This document shows, piece after piece, positions 14,501 to 22,000 of a stretch of 34,103 nt of DNA; the stretch's first letter is position 1, and the number at the start of each line of letters is the position of its first letter. The stretch comes from a virus. Its lineage: Duplodnaviria > Caudoviricetes. A program made the position numbers and the translations under genes. The notes below the pieces were generated by a model, which worked only from the letters and a program-made list of their open reading frames with translations, was not told the origin of the DNA and did not search any database. The DNA is taken from IMG/VR virus record IMGVR_UViG_3300020172_004120, positions 1-34,103 of that record. One strand, given 5' to 3'.

Positions 14501-17490
14501 TGACCAACAAACTACCAGGAACAGTATATGTAATTAAAATTAGCGATCTAGATATAAGAGTTGCAGCTTCTGCAACAGACGCTTTAAAATCTATTCCAAT
14601 TCCACTCGAACTAAATTCTTTGGGTATTGGAACCATACATTCATTCACATCCAAAAAACAAAACTCTAGGGTATTGATTGCAATTGATAATATAATTCAA
14701 TCACCAATTGTTGGATCTTCAATCACTTCAACTTGCGCAAAAACAGTAGAAATTGTTGATGATAGAGTTAAATTCTCCGGAATTACTTCATTCTTTAGTG
14801 ATGATTTGATTATGGTTGATGATGAAATTATGAGATTAAATACTGTAGGAATTGGAAGTACAAATATTGTACAAGTTCAACGTGGTTGGATGGGAACAAA
14901 TATTGGAATTCATACCATAGGTAGTCTTATTAAAAAGATATTAGGTGATTATAATATTGTCGATAATACTATTAACTTCTATAAAGCACCATATGGAAAA
15001 TCTCCGATAGGAACTGACAGCAATAGACCCGACGATAGAGATTATGCAGGAATAACAACACATTCAACATTTAGTGGAAGATCTTTTATGAGATCTTCTG
15101 CAATTAATTCTACAAATGATCCCTACGACAAAAATTATATTTTTGATGACATTTCTGAAGGATTTACTGGAATTAAATCATCGTTTACTCTCAAATCAGA
15201 GGGTAAAAATATAACAGGAATTTCCTCAGATAATTCAGTAATTTTAATAAATCAAATATTCCAAGGTCCGCAAAGACTTGGTATTGTTGATATTGTAGGT
15301 GATTATAGTTTAACTGAGAGTGCAGGCATAACTTCAATAACATTTACTGGTTCATATGACCCAGATGATATCACAAGTACTGGTTTACCCTTTGGTGGAC
15401 AAATTGTTTCCGTTGGTTCAACTAAAGGTTTTGGATACCAACCTCTCGTTTCTGCAGGAGGAACAGCTATTGTTTCTGCTTCCGGAACAATATCTGCAAT
15501 AAGTATTGGAAATAGTGGATCAGGTTATAGGTCTGGAATTCAGACGACTGTTAATGTTGGAGTGTATACAGAATCACTAACATCTACAAATATAACTTAC
15601 GTTGGAATTGCCTCTATTATCAATGGAAATATTACTGGAGTATCAATAACAAATCCAGGAATAGGATATACCTCTTCAAATCCACCAAAAGTAATCTTTG
15701 ATTCTCCACTATCGTATTCAAATATTCCTTTAGTTTATTCCAGCAATTCTACTCCAGGATTTGGTACAGGAGCGACTATTAGTATTGTAGTTGGTCAGGG
15801 ATCAAGTATTGTTGATTTTGAGATTAAAAATAATGGTTATGGATATGGTCAGGGAGAAATACTAACAGTTGAATTTGGGGGATCTGTCGGCATTCCAACA
15901 GATATTACAAAAACTCTACAACCATTTACAATATCAATTGATAGAATATATAATGACCAATTCAATGGTTGGTCTCTAGGAAGCTTCCAAGTTATTGATA
16001 ACATAGACGAGTTATTTGACGGCAAAGTTAATACCTTCCCACTAAAAATTGACGGTATTCAGCAATCTATTAGGTCTAAAAAGGGATCAAATATTGACGT
16101 ACAATCAACTTTATTAATTTTCATTAATGATATTTTGCAGGTTCCTGGTCAATCTTATATTTTCGAAGGTGGTAGTGTTATTAAATTTACTGAAGCACCA
16201 AGATCGGGAGATACTTCAAAAATTCTTTTCTACAAAGGAACTGAAGGTGTTGATGTTGTTTCTGTCGATATTCTAGAAACTGTTAAGGTTGGTGACCAAT
16301 TAAAAATTTATAGCGAAGATTTAAGTTTAAGTCAAACTAATAGGTTGGTTACAAGAGTTAATTCCTCCGATAGTGTCTTAACAAATCCATATTCAAACAT
16401 TGGAATTTCTTCAAATAGAAATCTTTTAAGACCTATAATTTGGTGCAAACAAACTGATGACGTTATTATCGATGGAAAACAAATTTCTAAGAGTAGGGAA
16501 TGGTATGAACCTATAGTAAATCCGTCTACAAATATAATACAAAGTGTTGGTGTTGGGTCTACATATATCTTTGTCGAAAGTGTTAAGTCCTTCTTTGATA
16601 GTGCAAAAGAAAATACAAGTTCTTCAATTTACTATACTATAAAATTAACTGATCAAAATCAAAAAGTATCGGCAGCTGCTACTGCTATTGTATCAATAGC
16701 AGGAACAATAAGTTCTATCAACTTAACTAGTGGTGGTGTTGGATACTCATCAAATCCAATAGTTACTATTGCAAATCCAGTTGGTATGGGCACAACTTTA
16801 AGGGCTTCTGCAACTTCATACATTTCTTCTGGTATAGTAACGTCAATTCAAGTAAATTATGGTGGAATTGGATATACTTCAACAAACCCACCAGTAGTTC
16901 TAATTGAAGATCCAAAACCAATATCAGAAATTATCCAATATGTTTCTTATGAGGGAGATTTTGGAAGAATAGTTGGTGTCGCAACGACTTCTATAGTTGG
17001 AGTTGCATCAACTGCGATTATATTTGATTTTTATATTCCACAAAGTTCTGTCTTAAGAAATTCTTCTATTGTAGGAACAGCAATAACTATTAGTGGTATT
17101 TCTACAGGTTATTATTTTGTAATTAATAAATCAAACGTTGGAAATGGTGTTACTTCTTTAAGAAGAGATTTATCTATTGTCGGCACCAGCACAGATTTCC
17201 TAGATAATGTATATGAAGTTATCTCAGTTTCTAAGACAACTAAGAATATTCCAGGTATAGGTGTTACATATGTTGCGAGGGTAACAACTTCAATATCATC
17301 TTATAATGGTTTAACTGGAATTGCAAACACGGGTTATTATGGAGATTATAGTTGGGGAAGAGTTTCTACAAATAGTAGAACAAATCCAAATATATTTAAT
17401 TCATATAATACAAATGGAGTTTCGGGATTATCTACCAATCCTGTTCTAAATAGAGTTAATCCTTTGAGATACTTTAATTATAATTCATAA
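5521..17490 (+). CDS. gp7: Giant baseplate wedge initiator gp7-like structural protein (3989 aa)
   Basis: Lies between gp6 and gp8. Shows 'ENQLP.FVREEYP..AEFL..YY', 'DFY.SKGT..SYKILFK.LYG' and 'IHDNDYYQYFSYSLKS...W....LNH..G.K.F' blocks, plus many repeated beta-rich modules and a YHYH-like domain. Confidence 0.8.
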   Translation: MADTRIKINSIVENQLPLFVREEYPLVAEFLSQYYKALEYKGGVSDILQNVDQYVKLEHLTNLTDSTILSNNIDSIKDIIEVESTYGFPDSYGLIQIDSEIITYTGITTNQFVGCARGFSGITTYQGNTNLDQLVFSQSGIATHASGSIVSNLSIRFLKDFFKKIKKQIVPGFEGREFYENVNEKLFITNSKDFYTSKGTDQSYKILFKALYGVEVEVIKPKDYLIEPSNAQYRIVKNLVVEPIDGDINDLLNKTIYQDQGDLYNGANGVVNTVEKIVRNGNEYYVLSLDFDYQKDIGLTGSIFGEFVIHPKTKILNNVAIGATFIDVESTVSFPNDTLLYTKLSNGTTVSIGYSGKSLTQLYNCYGIDQEIPSGSDLNVDAYAYGYNKNNELVKFRVTGVLSDLDIIDNTYYFSNNDTVRIKTLGYDSKKFRDNNWLFNICPSYTIKSLNLIDSTDYTYRLITVDQNIFNIGDTLELLITDGSKIKTTIYSIENRNSCIIRGQGLIPPINSIVDVKKSLSRVNSSNQPELNLYTTNVQNVYTDLDSTFVTAPSIPTYHEEPLNINDLSVTFSGSFSGEEMGIIRHGFYTGDAIWYNEVDENNRLDILNGIYYVKKIDEDTIKLSKSRSNIDNDKFINVNGNVTNNKFEYYKFHSQKIEPQKIIRKISEPEDDGNIHETSPGAIGILVNGVEILNYKSADSVFYGELEEIIVSGGGYDYDVVNPPILQITDSAGIGATGFCSVVGTLQRIDIIDPGFDYVSTPIITITGLNGQEATAKATLTSFEHYVDFNSISSANMVDLTNNTIAFSTYHKFRDAERVIYRTDKQQSVSGLTTDAQYYVYVEDAYTIKLHNTQNDAVIGINTVNLTSYGVGNHRFRSYSPKNKIGFVNIINNGYNFVNRKISVSRSGINTYSNTITAKNHGYNEGDVICYNSTSPIDGLSTSKNYFVSKINNDNFKLSEVGIGSTLSGYFYNTNQFVSLTSTNDDKHYFNYPPIEISINGVIGVSTKSGQDFNAKVRPIILGEIQSVFLESGGVGYGCSDIIGYNRQPQIALINGDGAEITPIVSNGKIVDVLVNNSGANYNSTPEVIYYGEGYSSLLTPVIADGKLTEVKVINGGVGFNTSSTTAIILPAGQEAKFEAKIKEWTINLFEKLYQNNKISNDDGIVDSGINSDYGLQYTHIYAPRSLRKTLLSARFVDGNLNYTSDLVLINDKEVKSSSHSPIIGWAYDGNPIYGPYGFTKVGSRSGTVKEMITGYEIIQNLPITRPSLDLYPKGFFVQDYEFKAKGDLDEYNGRWCITPEYPNGVYAYFSTINSDTVESSGVFKNYKKPEFPYLIGNRFKSKPIEYNFTRYANQDSIDLSGTYWLRNTTPYGLTNENTNYDYLIKPSNIQNQTSKIKFTTKGSINSIGIVSGGINYNIGDLVVFDNTESGGRGASAKVSLVKGSEVEEISCLTSKIQNIEFSPYSTLGNFIGFSSLPHGLKNSDYVYITGINTTTTNLNNLYEVGVRPETFKLISGIGSAASTGIVTYFNISGSIVYPNIRENDILGIGTEKIKVLSVDLKSSRIKVQRQYNNTIGSAHTSLTPLYEDPRKFTIRVGYNTTNQYRLNREIYFSPPESLGIGTVLAGSSYTAYISNPGSGSSIINIPVRSIYLENHGLETGDSLIYSSNGGTVISVSTNGSSSFQLLNNQIIYSVKIDNNLIGISTLRVGVGSTGTYVGIDSSKPTSILYFTGIGTGTIHSFKTNYDNVVTGSGIKNIVTVSTASTHGLNTKDSIYVNSSPGISTTISIKYNDYNRRLIVNPRSFVSSDINISDDIITINNHGYENGQKIIHTSTSPCAGLSNEKIYYAVVLDENKIKLSENYYESISSKPSTVSIGSSSFGTVSPINPQLSVLEGSSVTFDLSDPSLSYSKNSTLYSAFELNFYLDKNFKNKFETSQLSNEFEIYREGTVGIDPTAKVKLNVTNNFPQTIYYKLDIVNIDNIPLEKSQLIIDNEYISEGNTIYRYESEYTGTYKISGIGSTTFSFSIPNVPEKNIYRKNEGLFEYYTDSKTAYGEIYKLDIDTTGSQYEKLPGISTVITKRGTGAVLLPYSSNIGQIKSLTINDIGYDYYADTTIRPLAKLPEILKISTLTSFEKIGITSAGINYAVAPDLLVIDGLTRNIVDDVDLSYKVGDTEVTILKNTTGISNVSPIIIPINNSNGVGISTIGYDSLTNYVTVGLAVSYSNASDFPFSIGDKVLVENISVGIGSTGKGYNSSQYSYNLFPVVSVTPNIGGINANITYDLKEYISSGEVPGRYDPINSKGRIIPEKHFPKFDAILTKNNFIKGETIVSDDSIGIVENWDPKNEILKVSTTKEFYINTVLRGLSSKSQGLISDKEFFEAAYEIDSSSIVTKGWEKQTGFLNNNQQRIHDNDYYQYFSYSLKSEIPYETWNTPVSNLNHVVGYKKFSDLVIETRDLQYVGIETSQDNGDFYGICDFSSTLNLNHVYDYDLVFEESINVDNNIISTDIVFTSKEIQDYLQSTGNRVLNIDDFSDLFKSVPRSTPFSIVDTFRLSDSRSRKYITYVRDKRFTSDRQILLVSLLYDNDFGYLNQYGRVESYLEDLGSFDFNVTGDEGNLLFYPSKYTINDYNISSLSFNLKDDLSATATSYFGDIVRLSTNNVNASPSTPSAIVSIASTYRSTKILVQIEGNNDSYEYEELTAIHDGSNVELLEYGQISNHSRNAYSSSGLGTYNAYLSGPGLIVEFTPNPGIAATINTMAISFAANTSGSVGTGTAILNTSSLKSSYVSIASSPSPTQNLVSSYSSDYSGAYYIASVEDTTNNRYQISELVVVDEVVFNTTSITEFGIVETHSGIGTFGAEISGNQTNLYFTPNPSINAQVRIFQVAMKPLDEGILTNNIDLNNGFIKSSFGSYEGTERDVRRSFELTSDGREIFKRYFNGSSSTIVNTSNNTIRIPEHFFVTGEELQYSSTGVGNTNSIGITTAISIPGIGVTNKLPGTVYVIKISDLDIRVAASATDALKSIPIPLELNSLGIGTIHSFTSKKQNSRVLIAIDNIIQSPIVGSSITSTCAKTVEIVDDRVKFSGITSFFSDDLIMVDDEIMRLNTVGIGSTNIVQVQRGWMGTNIGIHTIGSLIKKILGDYNIVDNTINFYKAPYGKSPIGTDSNRPDDRDYAGITTHSTFSGRSFMRSSAINSTNDPYDKNYIFDDISEGFTGIKSSFTLKSEGKNITGISSDNSVILINQIFQGPQRLGIVDIVGDYSLTESAGITSITFTGSYDPDDITSTGLPFGGQIVSVGSTKGFGYQPLVSAGGTAIVSASGTISAISIGNSGSGYRSGIQTTVNVGVYTESLTSTNITYVGIASIINGNITGVSITNPGIGYTSSNPPKVIFDSPLSYSNIPLVYSSNSTPGFGTGATISIVVGQGSSIVDFEIKNNGYGYGQGEILTVEFGGSVGIPTDITKTLQPFTISIDRIYNDQFNGWSLGSFQVIDNIDELFDGKVNTFPLKIDGIQQSIRSKKGSNIDVQSTLLIFINDILQVPGQSYIFEGGSVIKFTEAPRSGDTSKILFYKGTEGVDVVSVDILETVKVGDQLKIYSEDLSLSQTNRLVTRVNSSDSVLTNPYSNIGISSNRNLLRPIIWCKQTDDVIIDGKQISKSREWYEPIVNPSTNIIQSVGVGSTYIFVESVKSFFDSAKENTSSSIYYTIKLTDQNQKVSAAATAIVSIAGTISSINLTSGGVGYSSNPIVTIANPVGMGTTLRASATSYISSGIVTSIQVNYGGIGYTSTNPPVVLIEDPKPISEIIQYVSYEGDFGRIVGVATTSIVGVASTAIIFDFYIPQSSVLRNSSIVGTAITISGISTGYYFVINKSNVGNGVTSLRRDLSIVGTSTDFLDNVYEVISVSKTTKNIPGIGVTYVARVTTSISSYNGLTGIANTGYYGDYSWGRVSTNSRTNPNIFNSYNTNGVSGLSTNPVLNRVNPLRYFNYNS

Positions 17491-17497
17491 ATAAATA
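17487..17497 (+). promoter_or_regulatory. T4-type late promoter (two overlapping ATAAATA copies)
   Basis: ATAAATA at 17487-17493 and 17491-17497, overlapping the gp7 stop and upstream of gp8. Confidence 0.7.
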
Positions 17498-17510
17498 AAA
17501 AACTTTAAAA

Positions 17511-19064
17511 ATGTCTGCAATTATAACTGACCAATTTAGGATATTGAATGCAAAGAATTTTGTTTCTGCAGCCACTTCTTCTACAAACTCTTATTATGCA
17601 TTTGTTGGTTTGACTAATGCAACTGACTATAGTTCTACGTGGGATACTTCACCACTTGCACCCAAAGATAATTTCAATGAAGAATCCGACTATTGGGACA
17701 CTACAGTAGCTTTAAAAAAAATTGGAAGCGATGATGTTCGTCAAGTAATTAGAAAAATAACATGGTCGTCTGGAACTACTTATGATATGTATCGTCATGA
17801 TGTAAGTAGAACAAATACATCTAAACCTTCCAATGCAACTAGTTTATATTCTTCCAATTTTTATGTTGTAAATAGCGATTTTAGAGTTTATATTTGTTTG
17901 CATAATGGAACTGATCCAGAAAATCCTACAGGAAGACCTTCATTAGATGAACCCCTATTTACTGATTTAGAGCCAAGATCTGCTGGTTCTAGTGGTGACG
18001 GATATATTTGGAAATATCTTTACACAATTAAACCCAGTGATATTGTAAAATTTGATTCTATAAACTTCATCCCAGTTCCGTCTAATTGGGAAAATAGTAC
18101 AGAAAATTTTACTATTAGAGATAATGCTTCTACTAGTGGACAATTAAAAATTACAGTTGTTACTAATAGGGGAATTGGAATAGGAACTGCAAATAGAGTT
18201 TATACTAGAGTTCCAATTAAAGGTGATGGATCTGGAGCAGAGGCAACTATTGTAATTAATAATGACTCTAAGGTAGATACCGTTACAATAACTAAAGGTG
18301 GCTCTGGATATACCTATGGGACAATTGACTTAGAATCTGGAAATGTTCCAACAGGATCTACTAGACCCACTTTTGATGTGATAATTCCGCCAAAAGGAGG
18401 CCATGGTTATGATATATATCGAGAATTGGGTGCATATAATGTATTAATTTATTCCAGAATTGAAAATGACGTACAAAACCCAGATTTTGTTGTTGGAAAT
18501 AAAATTGCTAGGATTGGAATCGTAGAAAATCCACAAAGTTTTAATACCGATTCAATATTAACTTTATCCAAAGCAAGTTGTCTATCTGCATTAAAACTTG
18601 TTGGTTCTGGATACAGTACTGCAGTTTTTACAGAAAACAGTTTTATCAGACAAACTATTGGTCTGGGTATAACAGTTGTTGGGCGAGTTGTTTTTTATGA
18701 TCAAGACACTGGGGTTTTAAAATATTGGCAAGACAAAACTCTTGTCGGATTCAATAGCGATGGTACAAAAAACACTTCTCCAATTTATGGTTATGATATG
18801 AATGAATTTACGGCAAATCCAATATCCGGAGGTTCATTAATAATTTATGGTGGAAGTGTAAATCTTGGTATTGATACAAGTTTTACTGGTGTTTCAACTA
18901 CAATAAATAGTAGGACATATTATCTTGGTCAAACTTTTGTCGATGGAATTTCTGATCCAGAAGTTAAAAAATATTCTGGAAATATAATTTATGTTGATAA
19001 CAGACCTTCTATAACAAGGTCTTCAAATCAAAAAGAAGATATAAAAGTTATTTTGCAATTCTAA
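17511..19064 (+). CDS. gp8: Baseplate wedge subunit gp8
   Basis: 517 aa with 'MSAIITDQFRI.NA..F', 'W.SGTTYDMYRHD', 'FYVVNSDFRVYIC..NG', 'DGYIWKYLYTI' and 'SG.IIYVDNR..I.R..NQKEDIK.IL.F'. Confidence 0.92.
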   Translation: MSAIITDQFRILNAKNFVSAATSSTNSYYAFVGLTNATDYSSTWDTSPLAPKDNFNEESDYWDTTVALKKIGSDDVRQVIRKITWSSGTTYDMYRHDVSRTNTSKPSNATSLYSSNFYVVNSDFRVYICLHNGTDPENPTGRPSLDEPLFTDLEPRSAGSSGDGYIWKYLYTIKPSDIVKFDSINFIPVPSNWENSTENFTIRDNASTSGQLKITVVTNRGIGIGTANRVYTRVPIKGDGSGAEATIVINNDSKVDTVTITKGGSGYTYGTIDLESGNVPTGSTRPTFDVIIPPKGGHGYDIYRELGAYNVLIYSRIENDVQNPDFVVGNKIARIGIVENPQSFNTDSILTLSKASCLSALKLVGSGYSTAVFTENSFIRQTIGLGITVVGRVVFYDQDTGVLKYWQDKTLVGFNSDGTKNTSPIYGYDMNEFTANPISGGSLIIYGGSVNLGIDTSFTGVSTTINSRTYYLGQTFVDGISDPEVKKYSGNIIYVDNRPSITRSSNQKEDIKVILQF

Positions 19065-19070
19065 ACGGTT

Positions 19071-22000
19071 ATGCCTCAGGAAACTAATCTCAACGTATCG
19101 CCTTATTTTGATGATTTTGATACGGCAAATGGATATTACAGGGTATTATTTAAGCCTGGATATCCAGTGCAAGCTAGAGAATTAACCACAATTCAATCTA
19201 TCTTACAAAATCAAATTGAACAATTTGGAAATCATTTTTTCAAGGAAGGTTCTGTAGTAATTCCTGGTGGCATTAACTATATTGATAGTTATAAGGCTGT
19301 TGAACTTCAAAATTTATATTTGGGAACCAACATTATTGCATACTTGCCAAGTTTGATTGGAAGAACTCTCAGAGGTCAAAACTCTGGCGTAAGGGCAACT
19401 GTGATTGGTGTATTGGATTTTACAAACTCTGATAGAGGTAATAATACATTATATGTAAATTATTTAAATTCAGATCTTGAAACAAATAGTTTTGAAGGAT
19501 TTGCTGACGGAGAAATTTTAATAATTGAAGGTGCATTAACAACAAAGAGCTCTTTAAATAGAGAACAAAGTGTAATATTTCAAGACGGAGAAGGAGTTGC
19601 TGCCACAATTTCTATAGATTGCAATTCTACTGCTTCTGCTGTTGTAATTTCTGAGGGTGTTTATTTTTTAAGAGGTTGTTTTGTCGAAGTACCTGAGCAA
19701 ACAATACTTTTAGAGCAATATACAAATACACCAAGTTACAAGGTTGGATTTGAAATTATTGAGGATATTATCACTTCAGATAAGGATAAATCACTGAATG
19801 ATAATGCACAGGGATTCTCAAATTATTCTGCTCCTGGTGCGGATAGACTTTCGATAAAAGCAGTAATTTCCAAAGTTCCTTTGGGAACAAAAGATATTGA
19901 AAACTTTGTTCAACTTTTGGAAGTTGAAGATGGAGTACTTAGATCGGTATCAAATACTCCACAATATAACATTTTACAAAAAGAACTTGCAAGAAGAACA
20001 TACGAAGAATCTGGAGATTATTATGTCGTTCAACCAAAATTAACCGCTCAGGAAACTTTAAACGACCTTAAAGGTAATAACGGTTTATTTACAGAAAATC
20101 AAATAACATATGATGGAAAAACGCCTTCAGAAGACCTTGGTACCTATGCAATATCGCCGCTAAAAGCTTTCGTAAGAGGGTATGAAATAGAAACCATATC
20201 TCCAACTTTTATTGACTTTGAAAAACCAAGGACAACCAAAAAATTAGAAAACAGAAGCATTAATTATGTAACTGGACCAACATTTACCCTGAATAGAGTT
20301 TATGGGTCACCAAGTATAGGAATTGCAACCTCTTATACATTAAGTTTAAGAGACTCTAGGGTTGGATCTGATCAAAAAATTGCTTCTGGAAAAGAAATTG
20401 GATTAGCCAGGGTATATGATTTTGCTTTAGAATCCGGATCATATAGTACAGCATATCCAGATATCAATGAATGGGACATGTCCCTTTATGACATTCAAAC
20501 ATATACGGAAATATTTTTAAATGAACCAATAACTTTAAGCAATTCCGTTCATGTTAGAGGGAAATCAAGTGGAGCTGTTGGATTTTTAAGATTTGATGCA
20601 AGTAACTCTGGTATAATTACCGCCTATAATACTAAGGGTAATTTTATAGTAGGCGAAAAAATTATCTTTAATGGTACAGAAAGTATAAGTAGAGTTTCTA
20701 CAGCTATAACAGACTATTATCCAAACAATATCAAGTCTTTATATGGAGTTGTTGGATCAGCTTCAACTTTTACTGGAGATGTAAAACAATATCCGTCTAT
20801 TAACGTTGGCCAAGTAAATATAACAATAGGTAGTGGCGGAATAAGTACAGTTTCTTCATCTTCATTCATATTCTCAGGTATAGCTACTGTAGGGAATGTT
20901 GTATCATATTCCAATCCAGGATTATCAACAGTCTCATATGCAAGAATAGAATCTGTTTTCCAGAATTCAATTAGAATTAGTGCAGTAACAAAAGTAATTG
21001 GAGTTTGTGAAGGTGATCTACCAATAACAAACATTAATCCAAGTGATTTTAATATTTTAACTTCAAGATTCCAATCTTCAACGGACAACACTTTATATAC
21101 TGTATTACCAAATCAAAATATATCTACATTAGATTTAGCAAATTCCAATTTAACCATCAGAAAGGAATTTATTGTTACAATTTCTTCAAATTCAACAGGA
21201 ACCATAGTTGCTGGAGATAACGAAACATTTTTACCATTCGATGAAGAAAGATATGTACTAATAAGATATGATGGACAAACAGAGTCTTTAAGTACAGATA
21301 AGTTTGTATTTACCTCCGGATCAAAAGAACTTACAATAAATGGATTAGGTTCTAATACAACTGCAAGATTAATTGCAACTTTACGAAAGACTAATATTAA
21401 AGAGAAAGTCAAAAATAAGAATAGAGTAAAATCTATTATTATTGACAAATCAAAATATGAAGGATCTGGTATTGGTTCGACAACATTTAATGACGGACTA
21501 ACTTACGACAATTATCCATATGGAACTAGAGTACAAGACAGTGACATATGTTTAATGGAACCCGATGTGACCAAAGTGATTGGCATTTTCGAATCTAATG
21601 ATACATCTGAACCCGATCTTCCAGCAATCAGCATGATATCTCTTTCGGGACCAACAAATAAAACCGGAGATTTATTAATTGGTGAGGAAATTGTTGGTCA
21701 AGAAAGTAATGCAGTAGCTGTTTATGTAGAAAGAATAAATGATTTAAAAATATCTTACATATATTTAAATGAAAATGTATTCAGAATTGGAGAAACTGTA
21801 AGATTTAAAGAGTCTGGAATACAATCTATAATAACAGAGGTAGAGTCTGGTGATCAAAACATAACAAATAGTTTTACTATTGAAAATGGACAAACAAATA
21901 CAATTTACGACTACTCCAGAATTATAAGAAAATCAACATCTTCAGAACCTACAAGAAAACTAAAAATATTATTCGAATCTGCAAGCTATCTTCCCTCTGA

